41,369 nucleotides of DNA from an uncultured Methanomassiliicoccales archaeon (GTDB lineage Archaea > Thermoplasmatota > Thermoplasmata > RBG-16-68-12): assembly GCA_964348145.1 (NCBI GenBank), contig CAYGBO010000006.1, positions 28,450 through 69,818 on the forward strand, written 5' to 3'. Made by a program: the position numbers and the translations under genes. The notes beneath the pieces are model-generated. The model was not told the origin of the DNA. It did not search any database and saw nothing but the letters and a program-made list of their open reading frames with translations. Positions 1 to 9,946 of the stretch are shown here, piece after piece; the first letter of the stretch is position 1; each line of letters starts with the position of its first letter.

Positions 1-99
1 CGGTCCGTACGTCTTGCGCACAACGAGGAGCCGGTCATCCCGCCGCAGGAATCCTCCGACGCCCACCGTGATGGGAGTGTTCGCCACGTCGAATGCCAT
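1..99 (-). CDS. N-terminal 33 codons of a probable NUDIX-family hydrolase; the rest of the gene lies beyond the window edge
   Basis: ATG at 97-99 (minus strand) opens MAFDVANTPITVGVGGFLRRDDRLLVVRKTYGP, open to the window edge. The beta-strand pattern VGVGGFL..DDRLLVV.K is typical of Nudix N-termini. Too short to appear in the ORF track. Divergent from the peptidase gene. Confidence 0.35.
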   Translation of the reverse strand, partial: MAFDVANTPITVGVGGFLRRDDRLLVVRKTYGP

Positions 100-128
100 G
101 GTTCGCCGTAAGCGGGTACATCACATGG

Positions 129-136
129 CTTTTATG
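129..136 (+). promoter_or_regulatory. TATA-like box (CTTTTATG) about 33 nt upstream of the peptidase ATG
   Basis: An AT-rich octamer in otherwise GC-rich intergenic DNA. The same C(T)TTTAT core and 25-36 nt spacing recur upstream of other genes in this window. Confidence 0.4.
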
Positions 137-162
137 CCGAGCCCCGTTCCAGGAACCTCGGG

Positions 163-1989
163 ATGGTCGAGATGACACGCACCGCTCGCAGGGTCACCTT
201 CACCCCGCGCCGCTGGCTACGGAAGATCTGGCAGTTCGGGAACTTCGACGTGTCCCGAGACGGTCGCCTCCTCGCCTTCGCGGCGAACAAGGGCGACCAG
301 TGGGGGGTGCACATCCGGGACCTCCGATCGGGACGAGAGAGGCTTCTCATGGAATCCGACCAGGCCGTCCTTAACCCCGAGTTCTCGCCCGACGGCCGTT
401 CGGTCGCCGTGCAGTCCGACTTCGAGGGGGACGAGAACCACAACATCTACGTGGTCCCCGCGAAGGGAGGCGAGCCTCGCCGGCTCACGGATCCCCCCAT
501 GGACCATGCCTCTCCGAGATGGTCTCCCGACGGCCGTCGGATCGCATTCATATCCAATCGGCACCGAGACCGGGAGAACGTCTTCGTCGTCGACGCGGGT
601 GGGGGGGAGCCGAGGCGGCTCACGGACGAGGAGGAAATTGTGAGCGAGATCGCGTGGCGTCCGGACGGGCGATCCATCGCGTTCTCCGTGGGAACAGGGA
701 ACCTGGACTGGGTCGGGCTGGCATGGCTCGAAGGTCGCGTGGACCGGCTCGTGGCCTTTCCCGACTCGGAGAGCCAGATCGGAGGGGAGTACGGAGGAAA
801 CGGGAAGCCGTACCCTTGGTCGCCGGACGGTCAAGAACTCGCCTTCGTATCGAACGTGCACGACCGCCTCGACCTTGGCGTCCTCGACCTGACGACGGCC
901 GAGGTTCGCTGGCTCGTCGAGACGGAGTGGGACAAGACCATGCCCATCTGGTCGCCGGACGGGAAACGAATCGCATTCCTGGAGAATCGCGACGGGGACG
1001 TCCGGCTGAGGACCGTGGATCGAAAGGGACGGAACCCTCGGGCCCTGTCGCCTTCCGCGGGCGTGGCCTCGAGACCCCTCTGGCATACCGACGGCCGCGC
1101 GGTGCTCTTCGCACACTCAACGTCGAATCGACCGGAGCGGCTGTTCCTTCGACGCGGGAAGCGGACGACGACCCTCTTGGACAGCCTGCAGGGGCGCCTC
1201 CCGAAGGACGAGATCGGCGGGGCGACCCTCGTCCGGTTTCCCACCTTCGACGGCCGGGACGTTCCAGGATGGCTCTACGTGCCTCCGAAAGGACGTTCCC
1301 GTAGGGCTGCCCTCGTCAAGCCCCATGGCGGCCCCGAGTGGCAAAGCTTCAACGACTGGAGCAGCGGCGTGCAATTCCTCGTGGCCCAAGGCTACACGGT
1401 GCTCCTTCCCAACTACCGGGGCGGAACTGGATACGGCCGCGCCTGGCGAAGGATGAGCGACCGGGACCTGGGCGGCGCGGACATGAAGGACATCATCGCC
1501 GGTGGACAGTGGCTTGTACAGCGCAAGCTGTGTCCACCCGACCGCCTTGGCATCCTGGGCGTGAGCTACGGCGGATATGCGGTGGCCCACTGCCTCGAGC
1601 AAGCCCCCGACCTGTGGGCCGTGGGCGTGAGCATCGTCGGATTCTTCGACTGGATCACCGCGTCGAAGAACGAACGGGGTTTCCTCGAGAAGTACGATCG
1701 CTGGAAGATGGGGCACCCCGTCAAGGACGAGGAGCGATTCCGACGGATGTCTCCGATTCGATATCTCGATCGGATCCGCGCCCCCGTGCTCTTCACGGCG
1801 GGCGCCCACGACGTTCGGTGCCCCGTGACCGAGGCACGCCAGATGGTGGACGCCATGAAGCGGGACGGGAAGGTCGTCGACTACCTCGAGTTCCCGGATG
1901 AGGGGCACGGGCCGAGGAAGATGTCGAACCAGATCCGACTCTCCGAACGGACGATCGAGTGGCTGAACACGTATCTCCCCGACGCCTGA
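163..1989 (+). CDS. S9 family serine peptidase (prolyl oligopeptidase / acylaminoacyl-peptidase type) with an N-terminal TolB-like beta-propeller
   Basis: Repeated (W)SPDG(R/K).(I/L)AF propeller motifs in the N-terminal half. The C-terminal alpha/beta-hydrolase domain has the nucleophile elbow GVSYGGY, then AGAHDVRCP (Asp) and FPDEGHG (His). Confidence 0.9.
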   Translation: MVEMTRTARRVTFTPRRWLRKIWQFGNFDVSRDGRLLAFAANKGDQWGVHIRDLRSGRERLLMESDQAVLNPEFSPDGRSVAVQSDFEGDENHNIYVVPAKGGEPRRLTDPPMDHASPRWSPDGRRIAFISNRHRDRENVFVVDAGGGEPRRLTDEEEIVSEIAWRPDGRSIAFSVGTGNLDWVGLAWLEGRVDRLVAFPDSESQIGGEYGGNGKPYPWSPDGQELAFVSNVHDRLDLGVLDLTTAEVRWLVETEWDKTMPIWSPDGKRIAFLENRDGDVRLRTVDRKGRNPRALSPSAGVASRPLWHTDGRAVLFAHSTSNRPERLFLRRGKRTTTLLDSLQGRLPKDEIGGATLVRFPTFDGRDVPGWLYVPPKGRSRRAALVKPHGGPEWQSFNDWSSGVQFLVAQGYTVLLPNYRGGTGYGRAWRRMSDRDLGGADMKDIIAGGQWLVQRKLCPPDRLGILGVSYGGYAVAHCLEQAPDLWAVGVSIVGFFDWITASKNERGFLEKYDRWKMGHPVKDEERFRRMSPIRYLDRIRAPVLFTAGAHDVRCPVTEARQMVDAMKRDGKVVDYLEFPDEGHGPRKMSNQIRLSERTIEWLNTYLPDA

Positions 1990-1991
1990 GG

Positions 1992-3077
1992 TCACACGAG
2001 GGAGCGGACCGCTTCGAGGAAGGCATCGATGACGGCCGGATCCGCCTGGGTCCCCATCGTGCCGATGCGAACCGACCGTCCGCGGAGCGGGCCGAGGCCG
2101 CCGGACACGTAGATGTTGTGTTCCAGACGCAGCCGACGCACGAGATCGCCCGCGTCGGTCCCGGGCGGCGTCATGACGCAGGTCACCGTATCGGACAGGA
2201 GGGCTCCCGGCGCGACCGGACGGAATCCGAGGGTGGCAAGGCCCTCCCGAAGGCGGGCCGCCATCGCCGCGTGACGCCTGATGCGAGCCTCAAGCCCCTC
2301 TTCCTTGATGAGCTGGAGGGCACGGCGGAAGGCGTAGAACACGTTCGAGGACACCGTCGTCGGCGTGGGATGCCAGGCACCCCACTCCCGCTCGTACCGA
2401 TCCCAGGTGAAGAGGCTGAAATACCATCCATCGACTGTTTTAGCGTCCGTCGACTCCCACAGTGACGGTGCGACGGCGACCGGCGCGATTCCGGCGGGCG
2501 CGGCGAGACACTTCTGGGAGGCACTGAACGCCGCGTCGATGCCCAGATCCCCGAAGGGGAGGGGGAGACCCGCGAGGGAGGATACCGCGTCGACCAGGAC
2601 GAATGCGCCCCCTTCATGCGCCGTCTCCACGATTTCCTGAAGGGGGTTCGTCACCCCCGTCGAGGTCTCGTTGTGGACGAAGACCACGAACCGGGCCGGC
2701 CGCTTCAGAGCGGTCCGCAGCCCCGGCACGTCGGGGCCTTCACCCCATGGTGATTGAACCACGTCGACCTGCAGGTGGTGCGCGAGGAGGACCTCCCGCA
2801 AACGGTCTCCGAAGAATCCGTTGTCGAGCACGATGGCACGATCCCCTCGCCGGAGGAAGGTGTGGCCCAAGGATTCGATCCCCGCGTGGCCCGGGCCGAG
2901 GACGGGAAAGACCCTCGCCTGCGGCGCGGCCCAGGCGTAGCGGAGCAGGCCGAGCACCTCGCCGTAGTGCTTGACCCACGCCTTTCCGTAGTGAGGCATC
3001 GCGGGCTTCGCCAGTTCCCCTTGGACACTAGGGTGGAGTGGAACAGGTCCTGGGACGAGAAGAAGGGGTGGGCGCAT
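1992..3077 (-). CDS. Class V PLP-dependent aminotransferase (alanine-glyoxylate / serine-pyruvate aminotransferase family)
   Basis: N-terminal LLVPGPVPL, then NETSTGV, VDAVSSLAG and the PLP-lysine motif SASQKCL. The 361-aa length is typical of the family. Confidence 0.85.
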   Translation of the reverse strand: MRPPLLLVPGPVPLHPSVQGELAKPAMPHYGKAWVKHYGEVLGLLRYAWAAPQARVFPVLGPGHAGIESLGHTFLRRGDRAIVLDNGFFGDRLREVLLAHHLQVDVVQSPWGEGPDVPGLRTALKRPARFVVFVHNETSTGVTNPLQEIVETAHEGGAFVLVDAVSSLAGLPLPFGDLGIDAAFSASQKCLAAPAGIAPVAVAPSLWESTDAKTVDGWYFSLFTWDRYEREWGAWHPTPTTVSSNVFYAFRRALQLIKEEGLEARIRRHAAMAARLREGLATLGFRPVAPGALLSDTVTCVMTPPGTDAGDLVRRLRLEHNIYVSGGLGPLRGRSVRIGTMGTQADPAVIDAFLEAVRSLV

Positions 3078-3146
3078 GGGACCTGGCGGAAGGATGGATG
3101 CAGCGCTACTTCAAAGTGTCTCGCCCCGTGCTGACACGCGGCGCGC

Positions 3147-4124
3147 TCAGTCCCGAATGCCCTCCTCCGTCACGCCGAAGACCGCCTCGGCCTCCGGGAG
3201 GTTCGGAGAATCCACCAGGCGAGCGATGCGCTTCCCGCCCTTCGACTTTCGGAGGTAGACACGGAACGTCGCGCTGTGCCCGACGATGTGGCCCCCGATG
3301 GGACGGGTCGGATCACCGAAGAAGGCATCCGGCTTAGCGTGGACCTGGTTCGTGACATAGATCGTGGCGTTGTGAAGGTCCCCAAATCGCATGAGTTCGT
3401 GAATGTGCTTGTTGAGGAGCTGCTGCCGCTCTGCGAGGACACCGCGGCCGATGTACTCTGCTCGGAAGTGGGACGTCAGGGAATCGATGATAATGAGCCG
3501 GACGGGGAAATCCTTGGCCAGGTCGTTGGCCTTCTCGACGAGGAGCATCTGATGATGGCTGTTGAAGGCCCGCGCGATATGGATCCGCTTGAGGACGGCC
3601 TCAGAATCAATCTCGAGTGCCTCCGCCATCTGACGGATTCGCTCCGGTCGGAACGTCTGTTCCGTGTCAATCCACACGGTGTCGCCGCCGAGGCCATCCT
3701 CGTCCTCGGGCTTCGTCACGTTCACGGCGAGCTGGTGGGCGATCTGGCTCTTCCCCGATCCAAATTCACCGAAGCACTCCGTAATGGCCTGCGTCTCGAG
3801 TCCGCCGCCCAGGAGTTCGTCGAGGGCCTTCGATGACGTCGTGAGCTTCGCGACGCTCTTCCGGCGTTCGAGGATCACATCGCCCGTCTCAAAGCCGCCC
3901 ACGTCGACGGCCTCGCGGGCCGCGATCACGAGCTTCTGCGCGACGTTCGTGCCAATCTCCGCCGCATCCGCGATCATCTGGGGCGAGGCGACGGCCAGCC
4001 CCATGAGGTCTGTGAACCCGGCCTCGCGCAGCTTTTCTGCCGTCGCGGGGCCTACGCCCGGCAGCTCCTCGATGGCCTTCGCACTCGCAGCCATCCTTTC
4101 ACCTTTCTTCCCATCGCCCGCCAT
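3147..4124 (-). CDS. radA: DNA repair and recombination protein RadA
   Basis: N-terminal Hh[18 protein letters not shown], Walker [10 protein letters not shown] and Walker [13 protein letters not shown]. The protein is near-collinear with Pyrococcus RadA to the C-terminus ([21 protein letters not shown]). A second in-frame ATG at 4094 sits 33 nt downstream of a TATA-like box and may be the real start. Confidence 0.95.
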   Translation of the reverse strand: MAGDGKKGERMAASAKAIEELPGVGPATAEKLREAGFTDLMGLAVASPQMIADAAEIGTNVAQKLVIAAREAVDVGGFETGDVILERRKSVAKLTTSSKALDELLGGGLETQAITECFGEFGSGKSQIAHQLAVNVTKPEDEDGLGGDTVWIDTEQTFRPERIRQMAEALEIDSEAVLKRIHIARAFNSHHQMLLVEKANDLAKDFPVRLIIIDSLTSHFRAEYIGRGVLAERQQLLNKHIHELMRFGDLHNATIYVTNQVHAKPDAFFGDPTRPIGGHIVGHSATFRVYLRKSKGGKRIARLVDSPNLPEAEAVFGVTEEGIRD

Positions 4125-4126
4125 GC

Positions 4127-4134
4127 CTAAAAGG
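4127..4134 (-). promoter_or_regulatory. TATA-like box (CCCTTTTAGG core on the minus strand) upstream of radA
   Basis: It lies 3 nt from the first ATG (4124) but 33 nt from the second ATG (4094). This favours the shorter RadA and a near-leaderless transcript. Confidence 0.4.
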
Positions 4135-4423
4135 GTATGACCGGGGGGTCTGTGAAACTATCGATTTTGATGCACGGGGACGCGGACTCGTCGAAGACCC
4201 ATTGGCTCGCCTGGGTGCACTTGTTTCAGACTTGGGCGGCCCTTCTCCCGTCCGTCAAGGCCATGGTCCGGAGCACCCAGTGGCGATGTCTCCTGGGCCT
4301 TGAGAGGGACGTCCGCCGCCTCGTGTTCACGGGAGTGGGATACTGCGGCCCGTACGTCGAGCGGTTTCTGATGCGAGACCCATGGGGCACGTTTTTCTTT
4401 CCCCACGCGATTCATGGAGCGGC

Positions 4424-5182
4424 ATGCCGGCCCGTCTCTCCTTCGACCGTGTCGCGCCCGTGTACGACGCCACTCGCGGGTTCGCGCCCCGCGTTCTCGC
4501 CCGGATGCTCGGCGTCCTCGTCGAGGAACTCCGAGGCCGGATGGTCCTCGAGATTGGAGTGGGCACGGGGCGGTACGCGGTGCCTATGCAGAAGAGCGGG
4601 ATCCGCGTCGTCGGACTAGACATCTCCCAGAGGATGGTGGAGCTGGGCCGTGCGAAGGGGCTCCGCGAGGTGGTCTTCGGAGACGGCAGTCGGCTGCCCT
4701 TCACGTCGAAGTCCTTCGACATCGCGATGACGAACCACGTGCTCCACCTGATCGCGGAGTGGAGGGAGGTCCTCCTTGAGATCGCGCGCGTGACCCGGGA
4801 GAGCTACGTGAGCGTCCTCGAGGATGGCGACCGCTGGCCAATCAAGAAGGAGTACGATCAGCTCGTGCGGGAGGCGGGCTTCCTTTGGAAGGTTCCCGGG
4901 CTCCACGAGCGGGCCCTGCCGGATCTGCTTCGGCCGGACGTCGTGATGCCCGTCGGGCCTTTCCACGAGACAATGCCCGCGAATGCGATCCTCGCAGAAC
5001 TTGAACGGCGCGACTACAGCTCCCAGTGGGAGGTCCCGGAGGATGTCCACCGAGGGGTCATGTCGACGCTCCGAGACACCTGGCGGGGGCGGGAGCTCTC
5101 CCGGACGTACAGCATGGACGTCGCCTTCTGGCGGATCGAGCGCCTCGCTAGACTCTCCCGGACGGAGGGTCAGAGATCCTGA
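4424..5182 (+). CDS. Class I SAM-dependent methyltransferase (Methyltransf_11-like)
   Basis: SAM motif I VLEIGVGTGRYA, an acidic post-I residue (VVGLDIS) and a PF..SFD motif. I prefer the internal ATG at 4424 (MPARLSFDRV) to the ORF-track start at 4382, because a T-rich box lies about 28 nt upstream. Confidence 0.75.
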   Translation: MPARLSFDRVAPVYDATRGFAPRVLARMLGVLVEELRGRMVLEIGVGTGRYAVPMQKSGIRVVGLDISQRMVELGRAKGLREVVFGDGSRLPFTSKSFDIAMTNHVLHLIAEWREVLLEIARVTRESYVSVLEDGDRWPIKKEYDQLVREAGFLWKVPGLHERALPDLLRPDVVMPVGPFHETMPANAILAELERRDYSSQWEVPEDVHRGVMSTLRDTWRGRELSRTYSMDVAFWRIERLARLSRTEGQRS

Positions 5183-5949
5183 GGGGCGCCCGCGAAGGTC
5201 TTGAGGGCCTCCTTCTCGAGAAAGTGCAGGGTGCCTGGCACGACAATGCAGTGGAGGGGCGGTCCCAGATCCCTCGCCAGGAGAGCCTCGATCGGTGATG
5301 CGACGGCCCGGACCTCGGGGGAGCCCACGCGGCTCAACACGCATACGAGGGTCGACGGGGTGAAGTCTTCCGGCGCCGTGTCCTTCGCGGCATCCACGAG
5401 GAGTCGCAGCGCGAGCTTGGGATCCAGGAAGGTTCCGTCCTCCCCGAGGTCGAGAAGGACGAGGGTGTGGAGTCCGGCCCGCCGGTTTGTCAGGATGGCC
5501 TCGAGGGGACTCGTCGGACGGAAGCCCGGGGCGGGTCGGGGCACCGTCGTCGTCCGACCGAACTTGCTCCCTTGGAGGCCGAGGGCTCCCGCGGCCGCGC
5601 TGAGAATCGAGACGCCGTGGGCGATGCGGACGGGGATCGAGCGGGCAGCGGCACGAAGCCGCAGGTCCACGTGGGTCGTGGCCACCATGGGATCCCCTGC
5701 GACAAGGAACACCACGCGGCGGTCCGCCGCGGCCTCCAGGACGACGTCTCCGCGCTCCACTTCGGCGCGCGACAGGACATGGACACGCTTGCCCAGCAGC
5801 GCCTCAATCGACTCGAGGCGAACGCCCGGGAGGGCCGAGGTGTAGAACTCCGCGAAGATGAGATCGCTGGACCGAGCTTCTTCCAGGCCACGCAGGGTGA
5901 TCCCCTTCTCGTCGTGGAGGCCCAGGCCCACAAAGACGAGCTCGCCCAT
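5170..5949 (-). CDS. dph5: Diphthine synthase (EF-2 diphthamide biosynthesis methyltransferase)
   Basis: Tetrapyrrole-methylase fold signature MGELVFVGLGL..GITLRGLEEA...D.IFAEFYTS, then FLVAGDP. The archaeal and eukaryotic Dph5 N-terminus matches from the ATG at 5949, so the ORF-track start at 5976 adds 9 atypical residues. Confidence 0.9.
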   Translation of the reverse strand: MGELVFVGLGLHDEKGITLRGLEEARSSDLIFAEFYTSALPGVRLESIEALLGKRVHVLSRAEVERGDVVLEAAADRRVVFLVAGDPMVATTHVDLRLRAAARSIPVRIAHGVSILSAAAGALGLQGSKFGRTTTVPRPAPGFRPTSPLEAILTNRRAGLHTLVLLDLGEDGTFLDPKLALRLLVDAAKDTAPEDFTPSTLVCVLSRVGSPEVRAVASPIEALLARDLGPPLHCIVVPGTLHFLEKEALKTFAGAPQDL

Positions 5950-5986
5950 CGTGCTGCGAACCGCGGAGTCGTCCATGAACGTTGCC

Positions 5987-6598
5987 CTAGAGGAGTCGGT
6001 CCAGGAGCAACAGGCCGCCGAAGGTCAGGATCGCGATGATGGACATGCGGACCGCCTTCCTCCAGGGTCTCCGGCCCGTGAGCGTTCCGAGGTAGTATCC
6101 CGTCGCAAAGATGAGAGCGATCGCGAGGGCGCTCGAAATCGTAGCCGCCGTAACGAGTTCCGCCACGATCCCCGCCTTGAGGAGGAGGATGGGCGTGCCT
6201 GTGACGGCGGCGACGGCCAAGGGGGCGAGGAAGTTCACGAAGGACGTCGCGAAGCGGCTGCCCCGGAGGCCTTCCCCCACTTCGGTCTCCCGGAGGGGCG
6301 AAAGCATGGCGCGCTCGAGCCGATTCAGACGAATCTCGTCCTCCGTGTGTTCCGCCTCGTAGACGCTCACGCCCGTCGATATACCGATCGCGAGACAGGC
6401 CGCGAAGATCGCGCCGAGGACGACGTCCGCTTTGCCGTCCGGGATGAAGGCAGACGCCGCGAGGATGCCCAAGACAACGAAGGTCGAGTCGAACAGGGTG
6501 TTGACGAAATACCGCCGGAACAGCTCGTTTGGCTCGCCCCTGAAAAGAGCCTTCAGCAAAGTCCGGAGCCCCATGCCTGCCGCAATCATCCCAACCAT
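5987..6598 (-). CDS. Integral membrane protein, VIT1/CCC1-like (DUF125) family
   Basis: About 5 predicted TM helices, an N-terminal RRYFVNTLFDSTF motif and an acidic EAEHTEDE loop. The family call comes from pattern memory only. Confidence 0.55.
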   Translation of the reverse strand: MVGMIAAGMGLRTLLKALFRGEPNELFRRYFVNTLFDSTFVVLGILAASAFIPDGKADVVLGAIFAACLAIGISTGVSVYEAEHTEDEIRLNRLERAMLSPLRETEVGEGLRGSRFATSFVNFLAPLAVAAVTGTPILLLKAGIVAELVTAATISSALAIALIFATGYYLGTLTGRRPWRKAVRMSIIAILTFGGLLLLDRLL

Positions 6599-6656
6599 GA
6601 CGCCGTATTTCCGTGCTTCGAAAGTTCTTCATATCCCTCCCCGTTACGCCGCCGCG

Positions 6657-7667
6657 ATGCGGGCTTGGTGCGTCCTCGTCCCAAAGGAGAAGGGGGAGGA
6701 AGTCCGCCAGCTCCTCGCGGAGCGGGGATACCTCCTCAAGGGGCTTCGGGTGCGGAGGGAGGGAGACCGTCTCCGCATCCCCACGGCGCAACGGGTGGAC
6801 ATCGGGTACCCCGTCGAGCAGAGCGATTTCGCGGAGGGCTTCTCCCCGGTCCGGAGCTACAAGGAGGTCGTGAGGGTGCCCGACCGCCTCCGGGCCTTGC
6901 TGCCGACGGCCTTCGACGTGATCGGGGACGTCGCGCTCCTCAAGGTTCCCGAGGAGCTCATCCCGCACCGAAAGGAGATTGGCCGGGCGATCCTCGCTTG
7001 GAATGCTCGGCTGAAGGTCGTCGCCCAGGACCGAGGGGTCGCGGGGAACCGTAGGCTGCGCCGAATCGAGGTGATCGCGGGGGAGACACGAACGACGACC
7101 GTTCACCGCGAGTTCGGCCTTCGGTACGAGGTCGACGTGGCCCGTGCATATTTCAGCCCCCGTTTGGGCACAGAGCGAAAACGAGTGGCGGATCAAGTGG
7201 GAGACGGGGAGACCGTCATCGACCCTTTCGCCGGCGTGGGCCCCTACTCGATCCTCATCGCGAGACGGCGAAAGCCCGCGAAGGTCCTCGCGTCCGACGC
7301 GAACCCGGACGCCGTGTCCCTGTTGCGGGCGAACGTCGCGGCGAACCACGCGGACCGAGTCGCGGTCCGGGAAGCGGATGCGCGCGCCGCCCTGAAGTCC
7401 TCGTCCAACGCAGACCGCGTGATCTTGGATCTGCCCCACACGGCCCTCGAGTTCCTGCCCGAAGCGATCCGGGCCCTGGGCTCCCGGGGCACGGTCCACC
7501 TGTATGGCATCCTCGATCAAGCGGATCGAGAGGACCGCGCGAGGGAGATCCGGTACCTCGTGGAGCGGGAGGACCGAGGCCTGGAGGACCTTCGTCTCCA
7601 CAATGTCCGGGCGTACTCGCCCACCCAGCACCACGTAGCCTTCGACGTCACGGTCCGTCCAAGATGA
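6657..7667 (+). CDS. trm5: tRNA (guanine37-N1)-methyltransferase Trm5 (Trm5/Taw22 family)
   Basis: Collinear with archaeal Trm5: AFDVIGDVALL, RLRRIEVIAGE..T.HRE.G..Y..D....YFSPRL..ER, SAM site VIDPFAGVGPYS and catalytic DANPDA. The ATG at 6657 avoids overlap with the upstream membrane gene and lies 27 nt downstream of TTCATATCC. Confidence 0.85.
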   Translation: MRAWCVLVPKEKGEEVRQLLAERGYLLKGLRVRREGDRLRIPTAQRVDIGYPVEQSDFAEGFSPVRSYKEVVRVPDRLRALLPTAFDVIGDVALLKVPEELIPHRKEIGRAILAWNARLKVVAQDRGVAGNRRLRRIEVIAGETRTTTVHREFGLRYEVDVARAYFSPRLGTERKRVADQVGDGETVIDPFAGVGPYSILIARRRKPAKVLASDANPDAVSLLRANVAANHADRVAVREADARAALKSSSNADRVILDLPHTALEFLPEAIRALGSRGTVHLYGILDQADREDRAREIRYLVEREDRGLEDLRLHNVRAYSPTQHHVAFDVTVRPR

Positions 7668-8130
7668 CGCGCCGCTGCCCCTGGTAGTGGCCCGAGCGTT
7701 CCTCGTAACTTCCCGTGGCCGGGGAGTCAAGGGCGAAAAAGACGATCTGGGCGAACCGATCCCCGATGGGGAGTTCCAGAAAGTCCTCCGAGGCGTTCTG
7801 CGCCCCGAAGGTGAGGGTGCCGGAGAAGCCGGCGTCGATGAGACCGAAGGAGGCGAGGACGCCGCGCCGGGCCCAGGTTGTCCGGAGCCAGATCTGGCCG
7901 ACGAGGCTCCGACCCAGCTCGACGACCTCTCGCGTGCCGACCGCGAAGCGAGTGTGAGGCGGAACGGAGGCAGCGCCTTCATCGATCCGCACCTTCTTCG
8001 AGGGAATCACGACTTCCCCAATCGTCACGTCGTAGCCGTTCGGCGTGAGATTCTTCTCTAAGAAGGGCTCGATCCGCAGTTCCCCGCGTGCCCGAAGCCT
8101 CCGCAGGTCTTGATCGGATAGGACGCCCAT
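7648..8130 (-). CDS. dcd: dCTP deaminase / dUTPase-fold enzyme
   Basis: MGVLSDQDL..........IEPF.....TPNGYD(V)T(I)G, then GLIDAGFSGTLTF and RFAQIVF. At 160 aa the size is typical. The 290-aa ORF-track version adds an R/P-rich non-homologous leader. Confidence 0.85.
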   Translation of the reverse strand: MGVLSDQDLRRLRARGELRIEPFLEKNLTPNGYDVTIGEVVIPSKKVRIDEGAASVPPHTRFAVGTREVVELGRSLVGQIWLRTTWARRGVLASFGLIDAGFSGTLTFGAQNASEDFLELPIGDRFAQIVFFALDSPATGSYEERSGHYQGQRRVILDGP

Positions 8131-8250
8131 CGGCCCGCGTATCCGAGCCTCCGGGATAAGGTTTCCGAGCAGGGTCACGTTGCCGAGGGGAGGGTCCCTC
8201 CGAAAGTTTAAGCGAACAAGGCATCTTAGGCCGCATGGGAGGATGACGCG

Positions 8251-9414
8251 ATGGACTTCCAGCTGACCTCGGAGCAGAAGCTGGTCCAAGAGACCGCGAG
8301 GGACTTCGTCGACAAGGAAATCGTCCCATACGTCCGCGGTTGGGAAGAGAAGGGCGAGATCCCACGCTCCCTCTATGAGAAGATGGGGGCTCTGGGGTTC
8401 CTCGGGGCGCCCGTGCCGACGGCGTACGGCGGGGCGGGCATGGACTACGTGTCCTTCGCCCTCCTCGTCGAGGAGATCAGCCGCGGGTCGTCCTCTGTGC
8501 GCACGACGGTCTCCGTGCAAACGTCCCTGTCGGAGACGACCCTCATGCTCTTCGGATCCGAGAAGCAGAAGCAGGCCTGGCTCGTCCCTCTCGCGAAGGG
8601 CGAGAAGCTCGGCGCCTGGGCCCTCACGGAACCCGACGCGGGCAGCGACGCGGCAAGCCTCTCGACGACGGCACGGCTTGACGGAAACAAGTGGATCCTT
8701 GACGGACAGAAGCGGTTCATCTCAAACGGCAGCCTCGCAGATTATGTGTTCGTCTACGCCCGGGAACCCGGCACGAAGCGACACGACGGCCTCTCCTGCT
8801 TCATGGTTCCCAAGGGCACCCCCGGCTTCACGGTCACGAAGGTCGAGACGACGACGAAGCTCGGCCTCCGGGCAAGTCCGACCGCGGATCTCGCGTTCGA
8901 GGACTGTCACATAGCTAAGGAGAACCTCGTCGGGAAGCAGGGCAACGGATGGGAACAGGCGATGAAGACCTTGAACAGCGGTCGGCTCGGCATCGCTGCG
9001 GGTTCCGTCGGCGTCGCCCGCGCGGCCTTCGAGGCTTCGATCAAGTACGTGCGAGAGCGGAAAGCCTTTGGGCGGGTTATCGGCGACTTCCAGCTCGTGC
9101 GGGAGATGATCGCGGAGTCGGCCATGGAGATCGACGCAGCCAGGCTCCTCACACTCCGTGCTGCTCAACTGCGAGATCTGGGTGTGGACAACACGAGGGA
9201 AGTGTCCATCGCGAAGCTGTTCGGGGCCCAGATGGCGATGCGAGTGACAGACCGGGCGATTCAGATGCACGGTGGATATGGATTTAGCGGGGACTTTGAC
9301 GTGGAGCGATACTTCCGCGATGCGAGAATCCTTGGCCTCTACGAGGGCACCAACGAAATCCAGAAGCTCATCATCGCGGAGCGCGTCCTCGGGCCGACGA
9401 CCCGAAGGTCGTGA
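8251..9414 (+). CDS. Acyl-CoA dehydrogenase (short/medium-chain, butyryl-CoA dehydrogenase-like)
   Basis: Full-length ACAD signature: ALTEPDAGSD, FISNG, GFGRVIGDFQLV and the C-terminal YEGTNEIQ. A GGAGG Shine-Dalgarno at 8238-8242 lies 8 nt before the ATG. Confidence 0.9.
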   Translation: MDFQLTSEQKLVQETARDFVDKEIVPYVRGWEEKGEIPRSLYEKMGALGFLGAPVPTAYGGAGMDYVSFALLVEEISRGSSSVRTTVSVQTSLSETTLMLFGSEKQKQAWLVPLAKGEKLGAWALTEPDAGSDAASLSTTARLDGNKWILDGQKRFISNGSLADYVFVYAREPGTKRHDGLSCFMVPKGTPGFTVTKVETTTKLGLRASPTADLAFEDCHIAKENLVGKQGNGWEQAMKTLNSGRLGIAAGSVGVARAAFEASIKYVRERKAFGRVIGDFQLVREMIAESAMEIDAARLLTLRAAQLRDLGVDNTREVSIAKLFGAQMAMRVTDRAIQMHGGYGFSGDFDVERYFRDARILGLYEGTNEIQKLIIAERVLGPTTRRS

Positions 9415-9477
9415 GGCGGCTATCCGTCGGGGACCTCCCGACAAGCATTCACAGCCCCGACGGGCCATCGTGTCCAC

Positions 9478-9903
9478 GTGGCGAGCGGTCCCCCTCCCGC
9501 TGCGGGCCCGGTGACGTTTCGGGCCCTCCGGTCGTCCTCGTACGATCTGCCCGAGGACTTCCTCATGAGGCTCGAGCCCGGGATCGACGCAGAGACACGA
9601 GCCATTCCCGAGAGGGGCGTGCGGGTCGTGCGTCGACTCCGGCGCCTTCGCGAGTGGAGCTTCTGCCTCCTCATCCTGGCCGTCGGGACGATGGGACTGG
9701 GCACATTCGTCCTCGTCGGCGGCGCCGCACTGCGGGAGCTGGGGGTGTGGGCCGTCCTAGCGGGAGTGGGGCTCGGCGTGGCGGCCATCGGCTGCCTCCT
9801 CGTCTTCGTCCTCGAGTGTATCGGATTCCGGAAGGATGTGCGCCGGGTCCTCGCCTTCGCAAGGGTGATGAGAGGGTCCTCTCTCGCCCGCGACATAGGG
9901 TGA
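9478..9903 (+). CDS. Hypothetical small membrane protein
   Basis: High third-position GC and 2-3 hydrophobic helices (FCLLILAVGTMGLGTFVLVGG, VWAVLAGVGLGVAAIGCLLVFVL). I recognise no family. The start could instead be the internal ATG at 9565. Confidence 0.4.
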   Translation: MASGPPPAAGPVTFRALRSSSYDLPEDFLMRLEPGIDAETRAIPERGVRVVRRLRRLREWSFCLLILAVGTMGLGTFVLVGGAALRELGVWAVLAGVGLGVAAIGCLLVFVLECIGFRKDVRRVLAFARVMRGSSLARDIG

Positions 9904-9946
9904 GCGGGGGCGGAACCTTCAAGGTCGCCGCCGGCGTGGCGGAAGC

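Noticed and set aside
5490-7982. 830-aa ORF on the minus strand, the second-longest ORF in the track
   Set aside because: The translation is Arg/Pro/Ser/Gly-rich with no motifs. It overlaps four well-supported genes: dph5 off-frame, the VIT-like gene, trm5 antisense and dcd. This is a typical stop-codon-poor shadow frame of high-GC DNA.
7648-8520. 290-aa version of the dCTP deaminase ORF
   Set aside because: The first 130 residues are non-homologous and would overlap the acyl-CoA dehydrogenase promoter and start. The family N-terminus MGVLSDQDL begins at the ATG at 8130.
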